Of a DNA stretch of 64,000 bases, positions 24,831 through 37,749 are shown in pieces. The stretch is taken from NCBI GenBank assembly GCA_002633005.1, contig NMRA01000118.1, positions 434,707 through 498,706 of the forward strand. Direction: 5' to 3'. Position numbers and translations under genes: made by a program. The stretch comes from Phoronis australis (taxonomy: Eukaryota > Animalia > Phoronida). How positions within the stretch are numbered: position 1 is the first letter of the stretch; every line of letters starts with the position of its first letter. The notes beneath the pieces are model-generated. The model saw only the letters and a program-made list of their open reading frames with translations, had not been told where the DNA came from and made no database searches.

Positions 24831-26788
24831 GTGTTCCAGAACGCCTGAAATTATATTTCTTCAGGCAGTGCATTTAAACAACCATGAAACAATTTCTCCA
24901 AAATAAACTCACTGAAAAATGTCTGTAAACTTTGGTAGCCATTTATTTTTCGTTCAAATAGGCTATATACTAGAATTCCGTCATAAAAAACAACTTTCGA
25001 TATACTGTAGACAAATATGAATGAGTGTGCATCCGTCTTAATTGATACAGGTACCCTTTTTCCTATTTTGTATATTGGTATTTATCTATTATAATTCTGC
25101 AAAAATATGAAGGTCACCGAATAATTTTTTCCGCAGCGTTTGCCTTGACAAATACAAACCTGTGAAATTTATATGGCTAACCGAAAAGCCACCTCTAATG
25201 AACTTCATGCCAGTCCATGTTCACCGAATTTCTTAAATCGTCGTAAGAAATTTTTGTCTGAATTTTGGGTATGTCAATGTTATGCGTTTTAGCTTCCATA
25301 TAGATAATTACACCGTTTTTTTTGTTTAAACTATATTTTTATGTCAATCTTGTTTTATATAAAATAAGTTAAAATGAGCGGCTCATCTACTTTGTCATCA
25401 AACTGCAGCATATCACTCAAACAGCGCCTCATAATACAGAGCAATTTGATCTTCTCAAAAGCACGCCAATTTCAAAATCACGATGAACTCGCTATAGTAC
25501 ACTTCACTAGATGGCGCTTACCTTAGGTTGCTGGGATTGTAAAATAATTATAGTTGATATAAGCAAGACAACAAGCGTCCGCTTAAATCACTTGTAAATG
25601 CCGTTTCATGTAACTCACACCTAGCGTATGACCTGATTAGAATTAAGCAAGTCCCTCTTTCAGATAAGTTTCGTTAAACAAACGACTCGTTTTTGCTTTC
25701 TCCAGCACCACAGATAGCGTTTGATAGGTTATCACGGACGTATCCAAAACGACAGTGTATGTACCAAGGACATGGTGGATATGGAGAAAGAAATAAATAA
25801 ACATATTGAAACGGACATTAACAGTATCAGAACATGGCACATTGGCCATCCATGACCATCAAATGTGCAAAGAAATAAAATGGCGAAACTTTTTACGAGT
25901 ACATCGATATTTCCATTACATAGGCCTACGAGATTAAGTATTCAGACAGAACACACCGGAAAATTTTCCGTCATGACGGCTGGGTAGAAGCAGATTTCCT
26001 CGTCAGAGTAGTCATCCTTGGTGACCGCGAATGAAGAAGCCATTAACAGGAAAGTAATGTGGATGAGTAATTCTGTAATTGGATCATTGCTGTCAGAACA
26101 ATTCTTGCTTGTCATTTCTGCTCTTAACAGCGAGCCGCCATGAAGGGAAAACGGAACTTTTGTCTGAAAACTTCTGAATCATTTTTTGTACTGTACATGT
26201 ATACCACGTCAGTCGTTTCCCTAACTTCATTCAAGCACAGTCAGTGAGTATATATATCCAATAAATCATTCCACACCAAAGTTTTGTACATCATCTCCGG
26301 TCACAAACGGATGCGAAATGTCATGTCGTTTTCTCTACTGAATTAACACATGAAGGTAAATAAACAAAAAAGGAAGGCCGTCAATTTATACCATAGAACT
26401 ATAGAACTGGAATAATAACGGTATCATGTGAGCTATGCATACTCGTGTTAAAGCTTGCTACCCCGAAATTTCACGAAACTGTCCAGAAGAGTTTGCATTG
26501 TAAATTTCCGGGTATCCGCTCGACTGAATTTTGACCGAGTTGTGTTGTTAACAAACCATGCCGAATTTCATTGCTTAATTTACCTTTTGTCTTTTTCTTT
26601 ATCATGGGATCATCAAGTGACACTTTTAAAATACGGTTCTAGGGAACGAGCAACTTCTCGTCAGAATTAACCAAGAAACCGCGACAAGTGCACCCGTTCG
26701 AAGTGTTAAAATGAGACGGAGTGTTCCTTAAACCAAGCTAGTCCTCCGGCAAGTGTGCCCGGAGTTCTCAAATGAGACGAGATTTAAC

Positions 26789-26941
26789 CAGGGGCGGATC
26801 CAGGAGTTTGCGTTTAGGGCATAGTATTAGCCAGGATTTTGCCCGCCAGACATTCGCACCCCCAAACTCTCAAATGGAATCTGGGAGAATTTTTGGGGGT
26901 GGGGGCATGGCCCCCTTGGCCCCCCTCTAAATCCGCCACCG
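26789..26941. mobile_element. Short MITE with 5-bp TSD (hAT5-like)
   Basis: TIR CAGGGGCGGATCC / ATCCGCCACCG. Perfect TSD TTAAC (26784-26788, 26942-26946). Confidence 0.85.
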
Positions 26942-27050
26942 TTAACGACTACGCCATGTCCGCGGAAGTTCTCAAGTTATTTTGGAGCGGTAAAAAGTAC
27001 CAATTTTGTTTTATCAACGGCTTCGCCTTTATGTATGGTGAACAACAAAC

Positions 27051-27143
27051 CTCCAGTTGTTGCAGCTGTAGTCCTTTTTTCTCCGTCTCCCAACGAATTT
27101 GACCCATATACGGCTAGTGAATACGCAGTGTTGGGATAAAGGC
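27051..27143 (-). CDS. IgSF exon 12: C-terminal half of FN3 domain (not in ORF track)
   Basis: TTTGCTTTCAG| ... GAG|GTTTGT, 93 nt, phase 1-1. Reads GLYPNTAYSLAVYGSNSLGDG, the canonical FN3 LxPxTxY...N.xG motif. Confidence 0.9.
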
Positions 27144-27278
27144 CTGAAAGCAAAGTACAATTCTACACTGGCAAATTTTACCAATCTTATGTTTGAAAGC
27201 AAGACCAAACTTTAAAATTTTTCCGTTGGGTTAGGACAATCTCTCGAGACTTGAAAACTCTGCCAAACATTTGCTAGC

Positions 27279-28954
27279 TGTCACGTTCTCCCCCGTGTGT
27301 GTGTGGGCGCAGGTACTAATAGCTTTCGGTGCGACGATTGACTGAAGACTGGTTCGAGTTAATCCTTTATTAATCCCGACCGTACGTTCACAAGCCTACT
27401 CAAACAAAACGTCCGACGTAATGTCTGTTCTATGCTCCAGCCACAGTGGCGGGGGGGGGGCCAACATTTTGTCCAGCTGTAAGCATTTGCGCAAACCACG
27501 ATTGTAGATGCGCATAGCACCGAATGGGGGGTGGTCGGAAATTTTCTGTTTTTTCCTCTAAAAATCCAGCATTTCCTTGATTCCGGAAGTATTATCCAAG
27601 AAAAAAGGCAAACAAACGGTGAACGTGTCAAACAGAACAAACTACAAGATAGCAGAGGCTCGAACTCACAACCTGGCGACTGGAGTGCGCGTGCTTTACC
27701 ACTACACCACCACGATTTAAGTACTATTTTCATATTAAGAGACCTACTTGTTCACGGTCCACAGCGATTGCGCGCGAAACCTACTTCTTTTTGTAATGCT
27801 TATTACACGTTTGATATTTTGTGCAATCGGTTCTTAACAAATTTGTTGTATTTAAAATAGTCTTCAAATGCCCAAAAGACCAAATCCGTTTTTCGTGTTG
27901 GCAATAATGACGGGATTGCTTTGGAAATCGTCTTAAGTTAAGGACAAAAAGAGAATTATGAGTTTCTGAGTGATTCACTAAGGCTTCGATTAAAATTCAC
28001 ATGTTACCAACAGCTGCTGTTTTTTATCGTCACTCAGGCTCCATTTTCTTTAAAAAATGAAGTAAAATTTTTTCATTGCCCAGTGGAGCAGACGACGGAA
28101 ACGGAGTCGTAGTGCGCAGCGCCACTGCCGGTAGCCTGGGATATCGCGGGATAGCCTATTCCGTTACGAATAAGCCGCGTTCCGAATTTGACACTTGAAA
28201 TTGGATCTGAGCCCCCCCCAAACACTAAAACTGCACACATTTAAATCTTGTTTCATCCGTTCAATTTTTATTACCTAGGTTAATTAATAAACTCAACATT
28301 TCCCTACGCTCTTGCTGTTTTATTTTTTTGCGGCAGCCAAGGGGGGGGGGGGGGTGGCCGGGCCCCCTGGGCCCCCCCTAAATCCGCCTATGCGCCAGTG
28401 CTGCGAAGCCTTGAATTGTGATAAACTTCTGAGACACGTTCAGCAACTGTTACACTCGTCGATTCAATAACCTGCTGTCTCTATAGCTGGCTCTCTATTG
28501 ACTATCGCTGTAACTGCTGATTCTCTTCACTGCAACTCAACTGTAATTCTCCTGATTAACTTTTTTAACTGCTGATTATCTGACTTGATCTGACTAACAC
28601 AAACCCTTGCTTGTGTATTTATAGCCTAATGCATTGTTCTAGAACTTTTCATCAATTCGAGCACATTCTAGAACTTTCCTGAATCTACCCAACCATTCTA
28701 AAAATATGTACTAGTCTCTAGAGTATTCCAGACTGCATTAATTACTGTCATGCTAGAGTCTTCTAGAAAGTTCCTCACTATACTGTTGTAAACAAAGGAC
28801 ATCATCATTGTACTGACCTCAGTCCTAAGTTCCATACTATTCTGCAGTAAACAAATTACATCATCAATGTACTTAACTCAGGGGTCATTCCAATCAAACA
28901 GAATAACAAAACCAAACAATACAAATAAAAACAATGTCAGTCTATATTCTGACA
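27279..28954 (-). mobile_element. Solo LTR (Gypsy-like) interrupted by a MITE
   Basis: TGTCA...TGACA ends with 5-bp TSD CTAGC (27274-27278, 28955-28959). Inverted homolog at 54937-55576. Confidence 0.85.
27444..28392 (+). mobile_element. ~950-bp MITE with internal tRNA-like segment, nested in the solo LTR
   Basis: Ends CAGTGGCGG... / ...AATCCGCCTATG with imperfect TSD AGCCA/CGCCA. Colinear with 49007-49921. Minus-strand A box TGGTGTAGTGG and B box GTTCGAGCC at 27655-27712. Confidence 0.85.
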
Positions 28955-29556
28955 CTAGCAAACTATGCCAGACTGATCGATTGTGTTCATTAGAGTATGT
29001 CCGTATTGCAGATTTGGAAAGAATTCCTCCTTGGCACCTACTATTTATGAACACTTATAACAGCACAATTATCTGTTGTTGATTGATTGATTTTTTTACC
29101 AAGCTAGTTTCAAATAACGAGCTTGACTATGTTTCACCAATTCTACAGTAGAGTTAGTTTGGTAGCATTTGACGACCTGTCTACACTGACAAACTTTTCT
29201 TTTTGCAAATTGGACCAAACCTGAACAAAAGTGTGTTATTATGGACCTCAAACCTATTGCAACGTCGTGTTCCTAATCGTGCACAGCTTCAGAAAATGAC
29301 TACAATAAGGTTTCAAGAAAATCCGAAATCTGTTGAACAAGGATGACATCTGATTTGGTGAGAACGTAAGGTGTAACGCAAGACCAGCCAATGCAAAGTG
29401 ACAGGACGACCGCCAAGAAAAGTGTAAAGTTGCATCAGCCAATCTTATGAGTGAGGGACATTGTAGGAAATTTACCGTAGAACGTAGGCCGATGTTTTAC
29501 AGTTTGATAATAGGACAAGCGGACGTGAGTGTAACTATAGGCCGAATACGTTACAT

Positions 29557-30095
29557 GGCAGTATTCCGAAGCTGCACTAGTCCGAAGGAGCACTAGTCCG
29601 AAGGTACAAGAGTCCAAAGCTGCACTAGTCCGAAGGTGCACTAGTCCGAAAGTGTACTAGTCCGAAGGCGCACTAGTCCAAAGGTGCACTAATTTGAAGG
29701 CGCACTAGTCCGAAGGTGCATTAGTCCGAAGGTGCACAAGTCCGAAGAAGCACAAGTCTGCAAATAAGTAAGATTTCGGACTATGACGCATTTTTCACAT
29801 TTTTTTCTATATGCAATAAGACAAATTCTTCGGTTGTTAGTTTTAGTGGCGCAGGTCTACCTACCGAAAAAACGCCCGTCGGGTACCAATACACATAATG
29901 CGTGCAAAAAATCGGACTTAAAAGCATGCTTTGAGTGTTTCGAAAACCAGTGCGACTGAGTGAGTTTCGAAAAACTACCAAAAATTGTATTGCTGTGGTT
30001 TTTGGCTCAGTTCTTAGGAGTATACCACATTCGGACTAATGTACCTTCAGACAAGTGCACCTTTGGACCAGTCCACCTTCGGATAAGTGAGCTGC
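29557..30095. repeat. Foldback-type element with 16-bp (ACTAGTCCGAAGGTGC)n arrays at both ends in opposite orientation
   Basis: About 12 units at 29560-29760 and inverted units (TTCGGACTAATGTACC) at 30030-30090. Confidence 0.75.
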
Positions 30096-30204
30096 TCTCT
30101 GTTTTCGTGCCACTCTCTCCATCGAGTTAACAGCTTTAATAGAACCAGAAACAAGTGAGTTTTGTAGTTTTTGCGGCTAGTTATGTTTTAACTTAATTAA
30201 TTAC

Positions 30205-30378
30205 CCCTCAATGCGAGGACGACCTTCTGCGTTTTCCTCTGGTCTTCACCTTTATCCCATTTATAACTAACCGTGAACACCTGTTTTTTTTCGTAGTTGA
30301 AGCCTGCCTTCCACGTGAGCCAAATAGTGTCCCAGTCCACTTCAAGCACAGTTAAGTCAACCGGGGGTTCGGGGGGTC
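30205..30378 (-). CDS. IgSF exon 11: N-terminal half of FN3 domain
   Basis: GTTTTAG| ... |GTAATT, 174 nt, phase 1-1. Reads GPPEPPVDLTVLEVDWDTIWLTWKAGFNY...QVFTVSY. Confidence 0.92.
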
Positions 30379-31033
30379 CTAAAACGACCAAAAAAAACGA
30401 CCGAATAACGATCGGAATCACTTATTTCCCCAAGATGGTAGCTTTAAACCAAACACACTGCGTGGAATCTAAACTATAGAATAAAAATGAAATGTCCATT
30501 GCTCATGTTTCAATGTAGTGGGGTCGGAGGGGGGNGTGTGAGAGAGGGGCGTCAATTTCCGTCCCAGATTCTGAAAAATTAAGGAAATTTTCTGTCAAAT
30601 ATCGGAAAGCAGAGCACACGATGGAAAAATCCGGGTAAGACATTCAAGCGGGGGATCGGCAAAGACAACCAGTGGGTGAAATGGTGGTGACTGGGAGGAG
30701 AAACATCGACCGGGGTATTGCAAATGAATTCAACTGAAGGGGTGAAAAGTTTTTAGGTCATATCCAGCCGAACATCCATATTGAGATACGCCTATAATGT
30801 ACGGACAGTGCTGTAGTGGGGCGTAGGCGCACGTAGGCGCAGCCAACCACCTTTTGGCATTTGAGCGTAGCGCCTACGCACCGTAAGTTACGTTCAACGC
30901 TGAAGGTGATGCGGCCGGGCTTTGGGCGCCTACTTACCTCGAATTTTACCACTACAACACTGTGTACGGACCAAGACATTTTGCTTTACACTCGCAATTT
31001 CATTTTTCTTGTTGATATTGAGATGATACATAC

Positions 31034-31339
31034 CTATTCTGGAAAGTACGATGGCAGACTGGTCTACACCTTCTTCGTTAGAAGCAATGCAGTGATACCG
31101 TCCACCGTCCGCTTCTCTGAAATTTTTCACAGTCAAACGACTCAGGAATTCGTGTCCACTGGAGGTGACATTCGAAACTGTTGTCGTAATTAGGAACTTT
31201 TCTCTGCTCATGATTACCATTTCATCCTTTTTCCATTGGACATCAGGCTTAGGAAATCCGGTGATAAGGCAATCTAACACTGCGTCGACGCCGACTTTCG
31301 AGAAAAGTAGTTCTCGATCAAAAATGACGCTGGGTGTGT
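31034..31339 (-). CDS. IgSF exon 10: I-set Ig domain
   Basis: CTTTTTAG| ... |GTATGT, 306 nt, phase 1-1. Reads LDCLITGFPKPDVQWKK...LTVKNFREADGGRYHCIASNEEG. Confidence 0.95.
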
Positions 31340-31999
31340 CTAAAAAGATCGTTTTAAATCATGCAATAAAAGGGGACGTTCGACTTACTAATACGTTGCT
31401 ATATCAAGAAATATCCTCGATATAGATTGGTATGACAAGATAGAAAATTTAACGTTGTTGGACCATAGTTTGACGAATAGTTCGGTCTCAAATTTCAATT
31501 TAAAATTAAACCAGTTTTTGTGTCTATCCTCAGAGTCAGAGGCCTGGTCAGTAGAGCGCGCGCCTCCCTAAAGTGAGATCCCGCTACAGAACGCTAGAAA
31601 ACATAAAAAACGGCCCCTATAATCAATACAAAGCAAGCTCAAGTTAGTTAATTCTGTACCAAATTACGACATTCTGATCGTACATACTCCACATACTTCC
31701 TGTTCGATACTCAATGTAATCACTTTTGGAACTCTATGGAAACGTGGGGTGTCATCTCAGATAGCATGTCTAAGTATTGGAATACTTATTTTAGATACTA
31801 CTTAATTGTATATACCTCTATGTATATAAGTTTCATTTATGAATTGTTTACAACCCAGATATAATGCTTCGCGGTTTCTGGGTTTGTTATTATTTCTTTG
31901 TATGTTCTGTGTATCCTTTAATAAATATATATCACAGTGAAAATCTCAGATTTCTAGACTAACAACTTATCGAGAGTGATCGAGCGAAATCACCTACAT

Positions 32000-32790
32000 T
32001 CGCGTAAAATGTAATAATTTCGTTAAAAGTTGTAACCTTTTACTTTATCGTTACATTTTATATCCAATGCGCATGCCATTGTTACATTTTACGAGGCCAA
32101 AGTCTTATCACAAAGTCAATGACGAAAACCACAAGCACGTGGCATATGACACGACTGGGGGTACTCACGTAGTTTTGGGCGATGGGTGCTGCCCAAAAAT
32201 TTTAATACCTGCCTATTTAGAGAGTGAGCTCGGACAAAAAAGTGGCCTAATTAGCGACTAATTGTGTGTAAATCATAACAAGATATATTTTTGCCTCAAA
32301 TTTTCACTATCTGACAGGAAAAATGTTGCTAAACTGAACTTCTGTGGAGAATCCGTGTACATTATTAGCATAAAAATATACTTTTAAAATCTACCGAACT
32401 TCCTTCAAATTTACCGACTGACCCAACAATTTTGGGACACCAAATTCATGTGGTTCCACAGGATTATCAGTACAAATACTTATCTTCACAAGATTGACAT
32501 TTTACCAAATGATAAAAATGAGTCAGAGGATATTTTCCATCTGTACTTGTTTTGCAATTTTGTACAGTGTGAGTGGAGCGGTTATTAGAGGCTAAAATAT
32601 CAACCAAATTCAGAAGTTGGCAGAACGGAAATCATCAATTATCATGGTGTAGAGGTTGATATGATAAAAAATGTAATAACAAGAAATTCTTAGACAGGTG
32701 GACCCCTATTACACATTAAGTTCTCTGACGTATTTTGCTGTTTCCCAATTTGTGTGTGTGCGCGCGAATGGTGTGCTTCATAAGAGACTT
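32000..32790 (+). repeat. Second copy of the dispersed element seen at 12.6-15.3 kb (lacking its ~1.8 kb internal insert)
   Basis: Shared blocks such as GGGTGCTGCCC..AAATTT..ATACCT and TTATCAGTACAAATACTTATCTTCACAA. Confidence 0.75.
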
Positions 32791-32929
32791 GGACCATACG
32801 TTGTTTAATTTCATTGTGCTCATTCATTGTCATCCGTCAAATCGGCAATTTCCGAGATGTGATCTGCGGCGTGCACGCATGCAGTGTACAAAACACGTGA
32901 TTGTTATTTTCCTGAAGTACGAAACTCAG

Positions 32930-34830
32930 GTCTAAGTTACTCCGAGACACCCTAAATTTTCGTAATAGATGATTCTTTTGTAGTTTCATCTCTTTACATT
33001 CACTGTCAAACCATGCAGGTCTATATGGTTTGCTTACACACCTGTGTTGCCTCACGAGCATGCCCTTTCCACATGACTGGAACAAGTCTACTAAACCTTT
33101 TAACACTCTCATTTATGTCAATATCAACACAGCTCATAGTTCCTCGACACTTATCGTTTGCTTCCTGGCTTTGTAATTTTTCTAAAAATACACCTTCTTT
33201 CTGATTACGCCATCTACATCTTACTCGTTTTTGTAATGCTATATGATGTTCACCAATATCTTTCTTACATAATTTTGCATGGGTGCTGGGGGTACAAATT
33301 TAAGGAAAATGCAACGATGAATCACATTACAATACTTTAAAAATCTTGAATAATAATCAATGGTGCCACAACCTCTCGTCGAAACAAAAGTAAAATTGCC
33401 ATCGGGATCAGATTTGGATCTACCATTAACAATGTGGATACATGTACCATGACCCATACACAAATCAATTAAATTTTTACCAAAATTATTAGTTTTGACA
33501 TCTTGGTTTTTCCTTCGTTTGGCGAAATCATCCTCTACATAGACACAGCTATCTTCTATAACAGGGACATTTTTTCTACTGTCATCAACAATAAAGTCAT
33601 TGACAGTGCCAGTGCGGGGATTGAAATCACCTGCAAGAATTAATCTGGCTTGGTTTCGTTTACCTGAAACATTAAAATCTATGATGTCATCATATATCTG
33701 CTCCAAGTCACTTTCTTGGCTATAATCAGAACCCTCTGGAGGCAGGTACACAAAACATATAATGACATGTGGCTTTTCGCTGCAGGGGTACATATTTTTA
33801 TGTGTAAATAGATTTTTAAATAATAATTCATGCGCGTTACATTCTGTGCCAAATTATCTTTTACTAACACAGTGACGCCTCCTGATAATTTCCCATCAGG
33901 GGGGCGGATTGCAGAGTGGACTGTATAGTTGTCGAAAAACGTGTCAAATTCTTTTGGTGATTTTTGGAATGATTCAATGAAACCAATTATATCACATGAC
34001 TCAACAATTTCATATATTTCCTGAGATAATGTCTTCATTTTAAAGCCCAGTTCTTCTACATTCCAAGANAATTGAATTGAGTGAAAAAAATTTTTGAGAC
34101 TTTGTGAAAATCTCATATTATTTTGGAATGCGTTGAAACCAATTATATCACATGACTCAACAATTTCATATATTTCCTGAGATAATGTCTTCATTTTAAA
34201 GCCCAGTTCTTCTACATTCCAAGATCCTATATTCAAATCGATGCTCTGTTCGTCAAATTGCTGTTCTGCATCAGGGTCTGCTTCATCATTGATACCCCTG
34301 TCAGCTGGCCTTCAAAAATCTGTTCTTCGTTTGACCATGTATTGTTCTTCGTCATAGTAGTAGAAGGTTTCTCTACCGCTGATCATCTTGTCGAATGTGA
34401 TTTTAGCATGTTCCACCCTGTTCTCCATTTTGAAGGTGTTTAACTTTTTCCGGCCACTCTAACTCTCCCATGAGAAATCTTCGGTTATGTGTACTGACTC
34501 CTTCAGGCAGGTCTCTACCCTTCGCGAGAGCAGATTTCCTTGTCGCCAATACTTTTGCGATTATTGTTCGATTTCTGTTTTGCTGTTTTCTGCCAAGACG
34601 GTATGCACGGTCAATAGACAATTCGCTTGTTGTTAAATCATCAGCCACTTGTTGAACTAATTCAGCAGTTTTGTCCCATGACTTGTTGACCTCCTCCTTC
34701 ATATCATGTATAATAATATTGTCCCTTCTGGACCGATTTTTGGGGTCGTCCACCTTTCTCACTAGCAACTTAATGCAATCCCTGAGTTTGACATTTTCAG
34801 CCTGTGTCTCTTGAAATTGATCTTGGGTTA
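32930..34830 (-). mobile_element. Non-LTR retrotransposon fragment (CR1/L2/RTE-X-like): ORF1 + APE endonuclease, RT missing
   Basis: ORF1 NRSRRDNIII...IDRAYRLG. Endonuclease motifs SWNV, IES, SGGV, YLPP, LAGDFN, NNFG, TIDY. Linker PAWFDSEC. Frameshifted. Confidence 0.9.
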
Positions 34831-36708
34831 CAACGAGTATATTATAAACGAACATACAACAGCAAGCAAATAATAAAAATGTGAAATTATGTCCATTCAC
34901 GTTAACGTATTATCTCCCTAAATGTAGTAGAACTGGACCATTTGTAGCCGCTCGTGCAACTATTTGCGTCACAACGATAGCGCGTTCACAATTCACTATT
35001 TCAGATCATGTTATTACGCTCGCTGGTTCCCTGTGTGCCTAGTCAGCACGCAGCTATCACGTAGTGGCACGCGCTTTAGTATTGGTTAATGTAACCTCAG
35101 CAGTCACTGGTCAGCTATACAACACCGTGAAAAATGGCGGACCGTGAACGATGTTTAGCCTTGTCATGCAAGTGGAGTTGCAGAAACTATTTCATTTCTG
35201 CAGTGATGTTTAATAGACGCGTGCTTGAAGCACATACATGTACAATAACAACATATCTGGCCGATTTAACCGGTGTGTCCATTCATACTCTATGAAAACA
35301 GGACAGTATCGTAAACAAGTCATCGACAGTAGAAACGTGCGCTTCGAAAAGAGGCAACCACAATTTCTAGGATTCACATTTCTTGAACAAAAATTTTAAG
35401 CACCGAATTGTCTGTACAACAGACCACATTTACACTTCAGTCCATCAGTCATGCCAGTTTGTTTGCGTAAAGCACTGCCTGTTGAGAATTCGACTAGCCA
35501 ATCAGAAACGCCGGTGTACAAAAATTTTCCGAGGAAAGTTAAGTGATACCTGCGTGGTGGCTACTGACCACCTAGTGGCACGCAGGGTACCAGCAAGGTT
35601 CTTACACCACTTTCTGTGTTCCACCAGACTTCAGCCAGATCAGATTTGCGTGTAGGTACGACTTATGGGAAAGTCATTCAGCAACGTAATATGATTGTGA
35701 AATGTGCAAAAAGCGTAAAATAATCTGTTACCAAAGGTCGTGGGTAGAGGGGGTTGTGGGTTCGAAGGCGTCGTGGATTGTGGAAATCGAAGGGGGTTGA
35801 AGGGGCTTTAGAGCAATCCACTATGGTGGACTAAAACACGTGATTTGTCTATTGAGTCAAAATCAACCTCAATTAAATTTCTACCAATTTCACGAGAGTT
35901 GTTAATTTGTTACATATTGTCAAAATGCTCACACAAAAAATGAAATTTTGTCAAGGAGTCCAGTGACTTAGCTCTGGCGTTTCTAGTGTCTTTGTAGATA
36001 ACGAATCGCTTTACTAAAAGAAACTGCATCATAAAATGTGATGAAATGAAACAAGAATGGCGTTTATTCGGAGTAATGGGGTTTTCGGAGTAATAGGATA
36101 TAACCTTAAAGGAGAGTGCCACCCAAAAAACAACCTATTTTGTATCACTAAATAATTTTTTATAGCTTCCGAAGATGGCTGCTGTGAGTGAGCAGAAACT
36201 GTCAAGGTACAGCTTGGTTGTTTCAATAAGAATTAATCTATGTCTATTTTGTATCAATTTAGATCGAGTAGTTCTACTCGATAACGGCACGTTCGGTTGC
36301 GTTACCTGACACCCGACGGCAGACGGAGATGTTGAAATTATCCAATGACTTCATTGGTTTCACACGCAGTCTGTTCAGCAGTTCACAGCACGGGTTACTG
36401 GTGCCAGCTTATCGCTTGAATTCATCGTTTAACACCAATAAATAATCAAACTTAGGCGTAAAACCCTTAAAATACACCGAAGTCTTATAAAAGTGTGTTG
36501 TTTTATTTCGCTGTTACGGATTTATTGGTATTTGGACACATCGTAGCCTACAAAGTTCGGCAGGCCAATTTACCAAGGTTCGTAGCAGGAATTTGGGGTC
36601 TGTTCCGAGATAAATTCGAAGTATTTTTCTGTGAAATTCAGACAGGAGAACCTAGATCTGTATTGTTTAGACTTGTGATTTTTTGAGTTCTAAACACACA
36701 AAACGCTT

Positions 36709-36822
36709 ATTATCCCGGCCAGTGGCTCGGAACTCGATCAGGCCCGTCGCGGCCGGACTGACTCGTTATCCCGGCCAGTGGCTCAGAACCCGATCAGGCC
36801 CGTCGCGGCCGCCGGGACTGAC
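36709..36822. repeat. GC-rich ~57-bp tandem duplication inside the Kolobok element
   Basis: TTATCCCGGCCAGTGGCTC.GAAC.CGATCAGGCCCGTCGCGGCC occurs twice. Confidence 0.85.
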
Positions 36823-37449
36823 ACGAACATAAACCAGCTTGATTGGAAACTAAACCTCCAGTCACTAAAAGACTATAGTAGTTAGCCAAAGAAATAATGT
36901 GAATTAGCCACGAAACTGAAAATCTACTTACTTGTAGGGAGCCGTGAAGTCGGGTTCCCCTTCCACAGACAGTAAGGGTAAAGGTTGTACAGTAACAATT
37001 ATTTCAATAATGTATTTGTATTTCTAAATAAAGATTCCCCTAACATGTGACCATAGCATATAAAATCGAGTAATTGTTTCACAACAGCTTTTTGTCAGCA
37101 AACACTGAATTAGCATGCGCTCAGGCGGGCTTGGTGCCCGGTCAATTACCTGTATTGCCGGCATCAAAAGCCGGTAACGCAGTGGTTTATTCATTGCTGG
37201 CTTCTCAACATTTGCACTAACGAATACTGCAAAGGCATTACAAATTGTATCTAATGAGGCAGACTTTGTTTCAGTTTTATATAAGCATTGGTTAGGATGA
37301 GAATAATTCATTTTGAAACAGAATGCAGAATAATAAACGTCTACACGGCAACTCGCCGGGCGCCAATCCCCACTTACTCAAGAGTTCATCCGACGCAGAC
37401 TTCACGGGTCGGATCGTTAGGTTTCACAGTTCGAACCGGAGTACACTGA

Positions 37450-37749
37450 TCAAGAAATACTAGAGAGGCGCCGTGAACATGCACAGGCAACGGAACGTAT
37501 GGACAGTTCTTTGGTAAGCCGGAATTCGTCATAGAAATCACTGTCGACGAAATGCCGGCCACAGACACGGAGATGTTTCACGGCCTCATACTTGCTATTA
37601 ATAGCGTACCTTTCATTCTTCACTGTCTCGAACCACTTCCTAAGCATTTCGGGCTCTCGAACAAGTCGTAAAAACGATATACCCGCTTTCTTCGCAGCTT
37701 CATATTTGGGACAATTGGAAACCATGCACCGCAATATAGCGGCATTCAC
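37450..37749 (-). CDS. THAP zinc-finger ORF (transposon-derived, possibly truncated)
   Basis: CMVSNC...ISF...W...LRVCGRHFVDSDF matches the C2CH THAP signature. No DDE domain follows. Confidence 0.75.
   Translation of the reverse strand: MNAAILRCMVSNCPKYEAAKKAGISFLRLVREPEMLRKWFETVKNERYAINSKYEAVKHLRVCGRHFVDSDFYDEFRLTKELSIRSVACACSRRLSSIS

Noticed and set aside
29560-29760. Regular short repeats resembling a CRISPR array
   Set aside because: 16-bp head-to-tail units without unique spacers, no cas genes, and a eukaryotic intron context.
33975-34225. Duplicated SWNVEELGFKMKTL block in the LINE endonuclease
   Set aside because: Adjacent to the N at 34069; probable assembly artefact.
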